A stretch of 64,000 bases of DNA from Gekko japonicus (taxonomy: Eukaryota), in the NCBI RefSeq assembly GCF_001447785.1, contig NW_015166428.1, forward strand, positions 733,280 through 797,279. The letters run 5' to 3'. The position numbers were made by a program, and so were the translations under genes. The notes under the pieces are model-generated. The model was not told where the DNA came from and did not search any database. It saw only the letters and a program-made list of their open reading frames with translations. Positions 39,782-52,883 of the stretch are shown in pieces; position 1 is the stretch's first letter, and the number at the start of each line of letters is the position of its first letter.

Positions 39782-40090
39782 GGTGGGGCTATGGTGGCTC
39801 AGAGGTTAAGATACCGAGCTGCAGGCCAGAAGGTCTGTAGTTCGGCTGGCCCCAGCTCCTGCCAACCCAGCAGTTCGAAAGCAAGAAATTGCGAGTAGAT
39901 AAATAGGTACCACTTCAGTGGGAAGGTAGTAGTGTTCCGTGTGCCTTGGCATTTAGTCATGCCGGCCACATGACTACAGAGATGTCTTCGGACAGCACTG
40001 GCTCTTCAGCTTGGAAACAGAGATGAGCACTGCTCTCTAGAGTCTGATTCGACTGGCTTTCGAGCAAGGGAAACCTTTACCTTACCTTTA
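39782..40090 (+). mobile_element. Sauria SINE
   Basis: TSD ctaagagtagga; accttt tail. Confidence 0.85.
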
Positions 40091-40212
40091 CTAAGAGTAG
40101 GAATGGTTTGACGCAGAATTCTTGCTGCTGTCACTCCTGGTGGGGGTGCTGATTCTCTGTTTCTGCATCACCATCTTTAAAACCATTCCCAGCCAAAGGT
40201 GGACATAGTCTG

Positions 40213-40571
40213 TGTAGTGTATTCAAAAAAAGGTTACGGAATCGGCTCATTGACTCTCCATGTTAAGCTTCGAGCCAGAAGAAGCTCCTCCGAGCTAACA
40301 TCCTATTGGTTGCTCCACAACCGTGACCTATCAGAACTATGCCTAGTCCCTGAGAGGGAAGAACTCTCATTGGTTGTTATCCGCACAACCTCATTGGTTG
40401 CTTGTTGTAAATAGGCGTGGCTACAGTAACCCGGGAGTGTTTAAAAGGAACCTAGCTCCTGCTTGTGTTCTGTTCTGGTTATGACTTATTTAAGCGCTTG
40501 TTCGTACCTACAATAAAGCTAATCTCATTGCTGAAATCACCCTCCTACAATTTGTTAGCGGCGATCTAACA
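40213..40571 (+). mobile_element. Solo LTR (359 bp)
   Basis: TG...CA ends; 5-bp TSD gtctg; three attggttg (inverted CCAAT) boxes, then tttaaaa, then AATAAA. Confidence 0.78.
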
Positions 40572-42058
40572 GTCTGGCTTGCAGATTACATGTGCACCAA
40601 ACCACGGGCCACTGTCAGATCCTATTCCGGGTGTCCATGGCTGAACACGGGCTTGACTGTGATTCTCCCCAAGCACTGGTCTGCTCTGCTGCCAATGGCC
40701 CGCTGAGGTTGTGTGCCAGGGTCTTTGCCGTCTTGCTACCCAAGGTCCTCCTATGCGTGGATGGGACAAAGCATCTGCCTTGTCACTGAGCCGGGCTCCA
40801 CAGTGATGTACCACGGCATGCACACTTCTTGCAATATTTGAACCTTCCTTTGAACTCTGGCTTTGTGAGGTTCTTCTTCTTCTTTTTGGATTTCCCTTTT
40901 AAAAATCCAGTGTAGCCTGAGTGACATTTCATTTAGTTGACAGATCCACAATTATTCCCTCAGCAGTCATTTGTCTAGATTATAAAGCAAATGGTACAAT
41001 ATGAAATTACAGAGATGAATGAATGACCTATCTGTGCCAACTGGCTTATCTCTGCACTTCTCAAAGCACCTTTCTAACAAAAGCCGCAACACTGAGATGG
41101 AATCCCGATTCCAACATTTCTTTAAACGCAATCGAACGGCTGTCAAACATTGTCATTCTTGCTCTTGCCACTTGAGTCAAGAGGTGACCTTGAAGAGAAA
41201 CTTGTTGCACTCTCTTAGCACATTCTTAAGAGCTTTGCCATATAGCTTCATTACCTCGGAGCAAATCTTAGTGCCGTTCTTAGTTAAAGCCCCCAACTGG
41301 TCCCTCATGGATGCTTTGAGAATTCTTACAGGATACATAAAAAGTAGGATTTATGTGGCAGTGCTTGATCAGTGTACCTTTGGCTACAAACAGAACCTGT
41401 TGCATTAGCATTTCCCAAAGAATTTCCCCCGTTTGACTGGCTGGCTATCCGAATGACCCCATGTTACTGATGACAAACTGTCTCCAAACACCACCCCCTC
41501 CTCACCTGACAGCCTCCTCTCTGTTACAGAATTTGGAATGCTCTCCAGGATCCTATCCCACCCCTTCTCCCCCACTGACCAGCCTGGTTACATACCTAAG
41601 CACCATCCTTCCTTCCCCTAGAAGATCAATATTCTTGTTTTTGAACTGTGAATGAGCCAAGAGTGATCTTCCTCTGCATGCTCCTGCTTGGCACTTCGGT
41701 TGACACAAAAATGTGTCCACGCTTGTCGTCCCCTTTTAGATTCAGTGCCTCATTTGGATCCCTGCCTCAGCACTGGGCTCCCCGTTGAACCTTCCCTGAT
41801 AGGCAGCTGTAGCCATTCCTACCTTTCTCTTCTGCTGTCTTCAGCCTCCCGCCTCCCAATGTTGAGTGGAGTAACCTGCATAACGTTTGGATGCTTACAG
41901 CGATGAGCTCTTTAGTGTGTTTTTTTTTAATACCAGATACTGATAGTGAGTGCTTAACATTATTTAACTGCCTGAGATCCACTGATTCCCCAGCTGAGAT
42001 ATTTGTTTTATTTGCATTATTCCAAAAACTCTCATTGGTAAATTTTAAGTTTCGACTT

Positions 42059-42106
42059 NNNNNNNNNNNNNNNNNNNNNNNNNNNNNNNNNNNNNNNNNN
42101 NNNNNN
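42059..42106. other. Assembly gap
   Basis: N run. Confidence 1.
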
Positions 42107-42208
42107 GTGCAGCCCTAAGCAGGTCTACTCAGACTTCTACTGAAGTCTGCTCACTAAGGCTTACTCCCAGGAAAATGTTCTTAAAATTGCACTGTTTAGT
42201 CACAGATC

Positions 42209-42430
42209 TCCCTGACATGGATAGCCCAGGCTAGCCTGATCTTGTCAGATCTCGTAAACTAAACAAGGTCGGTCGGTCCTGGTTAGTCCTTGGATGGGAG
42301 ACCAGCAAGGAAGTCCAGGGTTGCTACGCAGAGGAAGGTGACGGCAAACCACCTCTGAATGTCTCTTGCCTTGAAAACCCTACGGGGGTTACCATAACTT
42401 GGCTGAAATTTGACGGCACTTTCCACTACC
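42209..42430 (+). mobile_element. 5S-rRNA-headed SINE, apparently full length (222 bp)
   Basis: 5S-like control region, RTE-like tail, TSD agtcaca(g/a)atc. Confidence 0.8.
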
Positions 42431-43371
42431 AGTCACAAATCCCTTAGCACAGTTGTGTAGGTTATTCTACAGATCTGAGAGTTCCTTCAGGCCTGGCCTA
42501 AGCAGTCGGCCACTTCTTCGGCTTGCAGCAGGAAGTGGCAGAAACAAAGAATCTTAGCTAGGTGATACAGAACTTTGTCCAATAAAAGAAAGTTGAAATC
42601 ATATGTCCAAGGCATAATGTATCAGATAAATATGTGGATTTGAAATGGATTTGAAAAAAATACAAAATAAAACTGACCTCTAAATATATTTCTCTCCTAG
42701 CTGGGGTGTAGGTGTTTCATGGTCTGCAGTTTCGTAATGCTTATTGTCAATGGGATTTTTTTGATTTATGTAGCATTCTCACTCCTGCCCTTTCATGTAC
42801 ATTTCTTCTGTGTTTTTATTATTTTGTCTTTTGTTTGAATATGATTTTATTAATGTTCCTCCTATGTCACATTTCAGTTCCCCTGATGAAGCTGCCTTCA
42901 AAAGGCGTAGGGACTTGTGTGTGTATTAAGTGCTGTCAGGTCACTTCTAACTTATGGAAACCCAATGAATAAGTCAATTTTCACTTTCCCACCGGCATCA
43001 TCAGTATTTGTCTCGGTGACTTGTGCAGCCCTCTTGTTTGGTTTGCTGCCATCATTGACTTTACATAAGCCAAGTCAAAGGGACTGGTATTTCATGCATG
43101 ATGAATCTGTAAATCACCCTAATGACTGAAACTTTCCCCTCTGGTGTGATTTCTTTTTTAAAAATCTGTACTATTTTTTTAAAAAAGTCCCAAGCAAATG
43201 CTGCATGAAAATTTTCGTATGAGTCTAAAACAAAGATTTATTTAACAAAAAGAAAGATGCCATCCCCCTATCATTAAAACATACGTCTCTGTTACAAATG
43301 TCTCCTTAGTCGGATCCCCCCCCCCCCATGGAAAATTTCAGAATTAAGGCAGGGTCCTCCTTTGGGGTTCC

Positions 43372-43626
<255 letters not shown>

Positions 43627-44736
43627 TCATATCATGATGGGCCTTTGGAATTTTCACTTCTTTGCCTGTACACAGAAAGAACAGGCAGTGTTAGCTGGGT
43701 TAAAACAAAAACAAAACTCGCCACACTAGCTTCAGAATATCAATGGCCAAAAGAATTCGAATCCCAAAGGCACCTTAGTCATCTGAATTCACCATGTTCT
43801 TGCAGTATTAATGAATGTGAATACTACCACAGATATCTTAATATTCTGGGCACCCCCAGGCCATTCGGATAAATGAGGCAGCATGCACCAAGCCAGGTAA
43901 ATCTATTCGTTGTGTCCCGATTCAGGGCTTTATGTTTCATACAGTGTCCTATGTGGAAGGAGTATGTAAATGGTATTATTGGAAATGTGACATAAGGCAC
44001 ACTGCCTGTCTAATCCATGACAGGGAAACACTCTGCTCCATACATTGCAATGTACTCAGACCAGGGAACCAATTCTACATACTCAAGGTGACTTTGGAAG
44101 GCAGCCCTCTCTGATATCACACAGCAAACTGATTTTGGAAATGACAGGAGTTTCAAAAGTAGTTTGTTAATTGCTGTGTGAAACAGGATGCTGCACTAGA
44201 TGGACCATTGGCCTGATCCATCAGGGCAGCTGTGACGGTCTCCTGTTTGGATTTTAAAAAGTCAGTGGCTCTTTGGATCCCATTAATCATCTTAATCAAC
44301 TGATTAAAATTGGTGACTGCTCAAAATTAACTGGCTGAATTTTTGAGGCTAATTGGTTTTAGTGTATTATTGTAATGACAAATGGAAAACAAGATATTAT
44401 ACAATGACTTTCTAACAATGAGGGGCAGTTTTTGATTAAAAGCACTATAAAAATGCTAAGAATCATTGTAGGTGTTATGATGAATCATTGGGCAAGTCAT
44501 AAAACATATTCCTTTAGAAATGAACAGCGAGGCAAGTAGGTTTAGTCAAATCATCATAGCAGAGGAAGTACTTATGTACTGTAAGTGATAAAAACTACCT
44601 GATGCTTTCAAGTAAGGCACACTTCCAGGCGTCCCTGAAGCTTGAACAGCTGTAGGAAACAGTACAAAAATAATGGGATATTTTAGCAATGATACAAAAA
44701 CATACATGTTGAATTGAATCAACTATCTCCCACAAA

Positions 44737-45490
44737 AGAATGAGGATTTATACCCCACCCTTCCCTCAGAGTGGCTTACAATCTGTTTCCCTTCCTCTCT
44801 CCACAACAGACACCCTGTGAGGTAGGTGGGGCTAAGAGAGCTCTTTCAAGGACTGATCTTGAGAGAACAGCTCTGAGAGAGCTTGTGACTAACCCAAGGT
44901 CACCCAGCAGCTGTATGTGGAGTAGGGAATCAACCTAGTTAACCAGATTACAGTTTGCCGCTCTTAACCACTACATCAATGATTCAACACCAAACTACAT
45001 ATACAAGAAGTATGCATCTCAGAGAGGCCAGCGTGGTGTAGTGGTTAAGAGTGGCAGGACTCTGATCTGGAGAACCAGAGTTTGATTCCCCACTCTTCCA
45101 CATGAAGTTGCTGGGTGACCCTGGGCCAGCCACAGTTCTCTCAGAACTCTCTCAGCCCCACCTGCCTCACAAGGTGCCTGGTGTGGGAAGAGAAAGGCAA
45201 GGCAATTTGTATGCTACATGGAACTGCTGCATAACAAGAGCCCCGCTGGACCAGATCAAGGCTCTATGTAGCCCAGCATCATGTTAGAATAATAATAATA
45301 ATATTGGATTTATACCCCGCCCTTCATTTGGAATCTCAGAGCGGCTTACAAACTCCTTTCCCTTCCCCTCCCCACAACAGACACCCTGTGAGGTAGGTGG
45401 GGCTGAGAGAGCTCTTGACAGAAACGGCTCTTTTTCAAGAACACCTCTGACAGAACTATAGCTTGCCCAAGGTCATCCAGCAAGTGCAAG
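44737..45490. mobile_element. Cluster of three Squam3-like SINE copies (-, +, -)
   Basis: About 44737-44976, 45026-45215 and 45302-45490. Confidence 0.8.
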
Positions 45491-45729
45491 ATGCCTCTGG
45501 GAAGCCCACAAGCAGACCATGACATCAACAGCAGCTCCCCCTAACAAATGACGTTCCTAAGAACTATCTGCTCTATGTACCTCCAAGCTAATCTGCAGGT
45601 GGTCACTGAAAAGCCACATACTCCGCAAAGCTCCTACAACCTGTTTAAGCTGACATGATTTATTCAGAGCACTCTCGGAAGACATGTAGAGGTCTTCACT
45701 GCATCCAAATATCATCTTATCATTGCACA

Positions 45730-45930
45730 GGACATATGAACATATGAAGCTGCCTTATACTGAATCAGACCATTCAGCCATCAGAGTCAGTATTGTCTAC
45801 TCAGACTGGTCTCAGGCAGAAGTCTTTCCCATCACCTATTGCCGGATCTTATAACTGGAGATGCCGGGGATTGAACTTGGGACCTTCTGCGTGCCAAGCA
45901 GATGCTCTACCACTGAGCCACAGCCCCTCT
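45730..45930 (-). mobile_element. tRNA-headed SINE with CR1-like tail; second copy at about 47745-47960
   Basis: gggattgaacttgggaccttc..ctctaccactgagccacagcccc head; gaagctgccttatactgaatcagacc tail. Confidence 0.7.
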
Positions 45931-46103
45931 CCCAGCATTATGGTGTTGACTTCCTGCCTGGTGTTGGTCCCTAGCCCTGGTATTCAGAGGTATACGGCCT
46001 CTGTAACCAGAGTTTCTGTCTAACTGCCACGGATAAAGGCAGTTGATAGACCTATCCTCTATGAATTTGTGTTCTTTGCTGCTGTGCTATGCCAATAAAG
46101 GTG

Positions 46104-46139
46104 TATGTATGTATGTATGTATGTATGTATGTATGTATG
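46104..46139. repeat. (GTAT)n microsatellite
   Basis: Read directly. Confidence 0.9.
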
Positions 46140-47109
46140 AATTTGTGTTTTAAACATCTTCCAAGTTAGTGGCCATCATCATGTCTCGTGACAAAAATGT
46201 CAAAAAACCAGAGAAGCAAATTTTGAGTGCTTTTAAGGCCAGTGTCGTCTTTCTCTGGAGACCAGTATATCTGTTTCAACTGAGACTTCCTTATCATTCT
46301 TAGGACCAAGCTAAGCAATATACTGGGAGTTTTATTTCCATCATGCATGCATGTGAAAGAGGAGTGTGGCATGAAAGGATGGGACGATTTCAGCCTTTGC
46401 CCCCTTCTAAAATGGCTGGATTCTCTGTTTTATCCATCTGGGGGGAACATCAAATTCTGTTTTAATAGGGTTGTAACTTAATATTTTATATTGTTTTACT
46501 GTTTTATCTGGCATTATGCCCTGTAAGCCGCCCTGAGCCTCCGGGGAGGGCAGGATAGAAATGCGAATAATAAATAAATAAATAAATAATAAATATACAG
46601 CTCCAAAAACATATGTGTTTGGAGATTCTTCAGTGGCCTGTTCCTCTAAAGGAAACAAAAGCCACAAAGGCTTCTCTGAACTTCTGACTGCTTATGGAAA
46701 CAAGATTAAAATACAAGGAAAATATTTCATCATAACTACCATCATATTTCATCATTACTTGGTTCAGGAAGCCTGGATTGGAAACAACGTGTGACTGCGA
46801 TGGGCAGACTCTTCTACCATACCCCTTGTTCCAGTTCATCTGTATATGAAACCTAATTTTTTTTTTAAACAAAATCACTCCAGACCTTTCAGAGAATTAA
46901 GAAAGAAATATGCATACGTTTTGCCTTGGCTGAGGGACTGTAATGTCTGTTGGAAAATCTCTGGTTCAAAATCTCAGGGGCTATAGGCAAAATACTGTTT
47001 CTATGCCCAGCACTTTCCTACTCTCTGTCATTTAAAGACTACTGTTTCCCTCCCTTGCATGGGTGTTGTATGTGTGTGAAATACTTTGATCACTAAAATG
47101 TGTCATATA

Positions 47110-47230
47110 GGCTGCCGTCACACACACTAAATAATCCACTTGCAGTGCACTTTCCAACTGGATTTTGCCAGTAAAAATCCAGTTGGAAAGTGCACTGCAA
47201 GTGGATTATTTAGTGTGTGTGACCTCAGCC
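47110..47230. mobile_element. Hairpin MITE (Harbinger-like); older relative at about 53355-53492
   Basis: Perfect 50-bp stem 47117-47166 / 47174-47223; ggctg / cagcc termini. Confidence 0.8.
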
Positions 47231-48399
47231 TTAAAGTTGCTATTACAGATCTTATTTATCATTTCTCACTGGCCTGATCCAGCATCGGTCTCTCCCCCAC
47301 ATAATCAAATGAGTGACATAATTTTGCTGCAGTAAATAATCCGGTCATGTTTGCCATTTAAACAAAAAAAATTATGTATGTGTATCCAGCTTCCCATAAT
47401 GTAATTGAATTAGGGTGATGATATGGGCATGTTCCAATGACAGCTGCACAGCCACAGTCAACACTGCAACAGATGCACCGTGACAGACCATTTTGCCGGG
47501 ATAATGCAATATTCCAGCAACTGAAAATGCTGCCTTAAGCAAAGATGGCCAGGTTTCCAGCAACAAATGAGCTCCTGAATGGCTCAAAGAGGTTGTTACT
47601 TCTCTCATGCAGAAGAGTTCTGATTCCACCCCCCACCTTCCAACATTAACAAAATTCTGAGCAGGGAGAGGTAATACAGTGCAGGTTTGAGTGTGGACTC
47701 TTGAAGAGCAGACCTTCAAAGAAACTTCTGCAAGGATGTTGCTGGAACACATGAAGCCGCCTTATACTGAATCAGACCACCAGTGCACCAAAGTCAGTAC
47801 TGTCTACTCAAACCAGCAACTCTCAGACTCCAGGGTCTCAGATTTGGTGATCTTTCACATCACCAAATGCCTGGTGCTTTTTAACTGGAGATGCCGGGGA
47901 CTGAACCTGGGACCTTCTGCATGCAAAATAGATGCTCTACCACCAAGCCATGGCCCCCTCCCCCACCTGCCTCTTCTTTCCCTGTTTCCTTTGATTTTCA
48001 AGTAGAGAAGGTTGCGTTCCTCCCAACAACCTAAAAACCTCGCCTTGCCCATCTACTTATTCCAGCCTACTGAGATCTCAGAAGGCTTGGACTGGAGCAA
48101 CTCTGGATTAGGATTGCAGTGTAAATTCTGCAGGGAGCCACTGTTCTCTGTTGGCAGGTGGGAGGTGTATGCGGAGCATGCACTTGCTCCACGGGAGGGC
48201 CTTCCAAATGCAGGTAGAGAGTTTGTGCCCCTGACCAACAGAACACAGGAAACCGTGTGGCCATTCCCCCGAGGCACCTGCCAAGCAGCGGTATCACAAG
48301 GAAGCCAGTGGCTGACCTTCCCGGGCATCCCTCGCTCACCAAAGGCTGCAATCCTGCCGCGCTGGCATCAGCTGGGCTCCCTTCCTGGACAGGCAAGGC

Positions 48400-49530
48400 A
48401 ACAAGCAGCCGCCTCTTTACCAAAAGGCTCCCGGGGCAACGTGGCGCCGTGCAAGGAAACCAAGGCGCCCTCCCGAGGTCTGCCGCTCGCGGGCGGCCTC
48501 CTTACCTGCTCATCCTGCGGGCGGCCACACGCGCCACCANNNNNNNNNNNNNNNNNNNNNNNNNNNNNNNNNNNNNNNNNNNNNNNNNNNNNNNNNNNNN
48601 NNNNNNNNNNNNNNNNNNNNNNNNNNNNNNNNNNNNNNNNNNNNNNNNNNNNNNNNNNNNNNNNNNNNNNNNNNNNNNNNNNNNNNNNNNNNNNNNNNNN
48701 NNNNNNNNNNNNNNNNNNNNNNNNNNNNNNNNNNNNNNNNNNNNNNNNNNNNNNNNNNNNNNNNNNNNNNNNNNNNNNNNNNNNNNNNNNNNNNNNNNNN
48801 NNNNNNNNNNNNNNNNNNNNNNNNNNNNNNNNNNNNNNNNNNNNNNNNNNNNNNNNNNNNNNNNNNNNNNNNNNNNNNNNNNNNNNNNNNNNNNNNNNNN
48901 NNNNNNNNNNNNNNNNNNNNNNNNNNNNNNNNNNNNNNNNNNNNNNNNNNNNNNNNNNNCGGCTGGGTCGTTGTCCGGCCGCCAAAGGCTCCTCCCCGCC
49001 CCACCCCTCCCCAGTTGCTCCGGTGACTCCGGAGGGCGCGTGGAGGCGCCCTGCAAGGAAGGCGACGTGCGGGGCATTCGTCCGCAAGGCTCCCGCGCTC
49101 TCCCACCCCGCTGCAGGCGCCGCCTGGCTCGGGAGCTGCCGCCTTCCCCGTGGTTCTGGGGGAGCGGCACAGGCTCCCCCCCGGGAAGCGGGCACTGAGC
49201 AGCATCGTGCTTGCCGGGAAGCGCGGCGGCGGCGGCGACGGGCTTCCCCACACCTCTCAAGTTGGCTGCCCCCAAAGAGAGCCGAGCGGCCAAGGGGGGC
49301 TGGGGGGGCGCACGTTTTGTGCCGCGGTTGCGTGTCTGTTCGGCGGCGCGCATTCGAGACAAAGCCGCAGCAGGTTGCAAGCAGCAATTGCGGGGCTCCG
49401 CCTGCAAGACTCGCAAATGTTTTCGGCGCAAAGCTGAATCCCTCCCTTCGCCCACTCACGGTGAGAGGCCAGAGGATGGGCCCTGGTCTGCCTACGGCGC
49501 AAGACCGACGCTGGGTTCACCGCCGCCCCG
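48400..49530 (-). promoter_or_regulatory. CTXN2: CpG island, probable CTXN2 promoter and non-coding first exon
   Basis: GC/CpG-rich on both sides of a gap; minus-strand donor GCAG|gtaagg at 48506/48505. Confidence 0.7.
48540..48959. other. Assembly gap inside the CTXN2 CpG island
   Basis: N run. Confidence 1.
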
Positions 49531-50011
49531 CACCAGGCTTATTGTCTTGCGAATGCCACCCAAAAAACCAGCCCCCCCCCCCCATTAAGTTCAACAGGAT
49601 ATGGGTTGCGCCCCTTGAGTCTTTACCTTGCAAAAAAGTCTCCTTCCTTCCTGCCAGGAATTTTGTGAGAACAATAGTGGCGTTTCCAGAATCCATGCCA
49701 GGTTCCCGAACCTACGCGGTTGATGGCAAGTAAAGTGAGGCTGCGTTTGACCTTAGAGTATAAACGCCTCTCATTATTTTATCTCCTGGGGTGAAGGACA
49801 GTTTGTAGCCAAGTGGCAAGTGAAACTCTCTATATCAAGCAGCACATAACTGGTCGTTTAATGGTCAGGGGCCCAGGTACCTTCCCACCGCCTCTCCCAG
49901 TATGCCCCTGGAAGAGCAGTACGCCTAGGGAATAAGAACCTCATGGTGGTCCCCGGCTGTCCCCAACCAGAGAACTCTCTGCAGGAACTGGCATCTGTGC
50001 CCTGTGCCATG

Positions 50012-50253
50012 TAGGGTTGCCAGCCTCCAGGTGGGGCCTGGGGATCTCCCACCTTTACAACTGATCTCCAGCTGACAGAGATCAGCTCCCCTGAAGAAAA
50101 TGACTGCTTTGAAGGGTGGACTCTATGGCACTGTGCCATGCCGAGACCTCTCCCCTACCCAACCCCTCCCCTCTCCCCTACCCAACCCCCGCCCTCTCCT
50201 GGCTCCACCCCCAAAGTCTCCAGGTATTTTCCAACCCAGACCTGCCAACCCTA
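50012..50253. mobile_element. hAT MITE, TAGGGTTGCCA family (opposite orientation)
   Basis: TIRs present; no clean 8-bp TSD. Confidence 0.85.
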
Positions 50254-50855
50254 CATGCAAGAGATGTTCTGCCAGGCCTTTGGTTGAGGACAGCAATGGA
50301 GCATTCTCAACCATTTCCCCATTCCTCAAAACCCCTCCCCCCATCTTATTTGTTGTTCAGTCGCACAGTTGAATCCGCGTTGCATCGATGACACTGTCTA
50401 ACCATCTCATCCTTTGCCGTCCCCGTCTTCCTTGACCTTCAATCTTTCCCAGCATCAGGGTCTTCTCCAGTGAGTGCTCCCTTCTCATTTGGTGGCCAAA
50501 GTATGTGAGCTTCAGTTTCATTATCTGGCCTTCCAGGGAACAGTCAGGGTTGATTTCTTTTAGGATTGACTGATTTGATCTTCTTGCAGTCCAAGGGACT
50601 CTCAAGAGTCTTCTCCAGCACCATAGTTCAAAAGAATCTATTCTTCGGCGCTCGGCCTTCCTTATAGTCCAACTCTCGCAGCCATACATGACTACTGAAA
50701 GACTATTGAAAGAGGTAGTCAATCTTTAAAGGTACAATTGTGGTCTTAGGGTACTGTCTCAGTGATGATCTGGTTCTTATAGATCCACATGGGTCAATGC
50801 AGGGGTAATTCATGAGGACAACCAGATGGATTTCACCTAGAGAACTGGTGTTGAG

Positions 50856-51829
50856 TAGTGATGGGCATGAACTGGGAAAATGTGGTATGGTTCATGGTAT
50901 GCCAGCTTCATGAACCATGAAACATCACAAATAAACCAGTTTCATTTGTGAGGTTTGTGACATGGTAGAACACCCCTCAGCATGATAGAGACACCAAACT
51001 CACAAGGGATATCCGGCTAACCCACCTCTACCTACATGCCAAGGTTGGTGAGGATTGAATTTATGGGGTTCGAGTTATGGCTCCCCCAAAGAAGGTGTCC
51101 CCAGGAAAGCATTTTCTGGGGAAATGACAAGCACAGGTTCATGAGGGTCAGGATTGTATAGAATGGATCCTGTGCAAATTAAAGATGCCAAACATGCAAG
51201 AGATCTCCAGATGACTCTCCTCTACTTGCCCTCCAAGTTTGATGAGGATTGGATTTATGGGGTCCAAGTTACAGCCCCCCAAAGAAGGTGCTCCTATGGA
51301 GGGAAAAACAGCAAAAAAGCAAGGACAACAGAAGCCATGCAGAACAGAATCGAAGTCCCAGAGAATCTCTGCAGTAGAAACTGAAGGTTGGAGGCATTTT
51401 TGCAAGCCCAGCAGAACCAGTGCAATGTGCCCAGCAGAACTAGTGCCACTGTGGCACTGTGAACCCAACAGGACTAAGGTCAAGTCAGGGAAGTGTTTTT
51501 TGGGGGGACATGTCAGACACAGGTTCAAAAGTATATAGAATGGACCCCCTGCAAGTTACACACACCAAATGCACAGGGAACCTCACCCTGCCACCTGCTC
51601 TTTTACAATCTCTTCAAGTTGGGGGTGGATTACATTTCTGGCGTCCCAGTTACAGACTCCCCCAAAAAGTCTCTCCAATGCTCTTTCCAGAAAAGACAGC
51701 TGCAGTTACAGGAGTCTATGGAACAGCTCAGAAATAAGACAGCAAACTCACAGGGAAAGTTCACCTGGGCAGACCCCCCCATCAGACAGTGGAACCAAGG
51801 CAAGCATCCCCCCTATGCTTGCAACCCCC
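50856..51829. mobile_element. hAT-like non-autonomous fragment with three diverged internal repeats, running into a gap
   Basis: tagtgatgggca terminus; caagttt..ggatt..atggggtccaagttacagccccccaaagaagg units at about 51040, 51235 and 51615. Confidence 0.55.
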
Positions 51830-52002
51830 NNNNNNNNNNNNNNNNNNNNNNNNNNNNNNNNNNNNNNNNNNNNNNNNNNNNNNNNNNNNNNNNNNNNNNN
51901 NNNNNNNNNNNNNNNNNNNNNNNNNNNNNNNNNNNNNNNNNNNNNNNNNNNNNNNNNNNNNNNNNNNNNNNNNNNNNNNNNNNNNNNNNNNNNNNNNNNN
52001 NN
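51830..52002. other. Assembly gap inside the BovB locus
   Basis: N run. Confidence 1.
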
Positions 52003-52883
52003 CATAGACTTGGATTACTGTGATGTTGAATGGTTTGCCTTGGAATTGGACCGAAATCATTCTGTTGTTTTTGAGATTGTATCCCAGTACTGACTTTGCA
52101 CTCTCTTGTTGACTATAAAGGCCACACCATTTTTTCTACGAGATTCCTGGCCACAGTAGTAGATATAATGGTCTTCTGAGTTAAATTCGCCCATTCCTCT
52201 CCATTTTAGTTCACTGATTCCTAAGATATTGATGTTCAGTCTTGCCATCTTATTTTTGATCACGTCAAGCTTACCTTGATTCATAGATCTTACATTCCAG
52301 GTTCCTATGCAGTATTGTTCTTTGCAGCATCGGACTTTCCTTTCACCATCAGACACATCCACAACTGAGCGTCCTTTCGGCTTTGGCCCAGCCGCTTCAC
52401 TCTTTCTGGGGTTACTTGTACTTGCCCTCTGCTCTTCCTCAGTTTCTGACTTGAGGGGCTCATCTTCCGGCAGCATATCTTTTAGCCTGGGGTTTTCTTG
52501 GCAAAGATACTGGAGTGGGTTGTCATTTCCTTCTCCAGTGGATCACACTTGGTCTGAGTTCTTCTGTGGCCTGTCCGTCCTGGGTGGCCCTCCACGATTC
52601 TCTGCTGTGGCCTGTCCGTCTTGGGTGGCCCTCCACGGCATAGCCCATAGCGTCATCGAACCACGCAAGCCCCCTCGCCATGACAAGGCAGTGATCCATG
52701 AGGGGGACCCCCCATCTTATACTTGTACATATATACTGTTTTATCTTTTGATGCCTGTTGGCTGGCTTTAATTTAGATTTTAAATTGGGAACTTGTATAT
52801 CATCTTGTAAGCTGCCCTGAGCCCTACTGTAGGGAAGGGTGGCCTAGCAAATCTAATTTAATAAATAAGTAAATAATATTAGT

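Larger units (their letters stand above)
50350..52707 (-). mobile_element. BovB/RTE LINE with 5' end plus endonuclease (52003-52707) and 3' end (50350-50700); middle missing or replaced
   Basis: IGTWNVRSMNQGKL..ILGISELKW (APE domain); YGCESWT..FELWCWRRLLRVPWT..GRQRMRWLD; (caa)n tail; 13-bp TSD ccccccatcttat. Confidence 0.88.

Noticed and set aside
48012-49733. Long ORFs (247-573 aa) on both strands
   Set aside because: Artefacts of an N gap plus a stop-poor CpG island; no recognisable protein.
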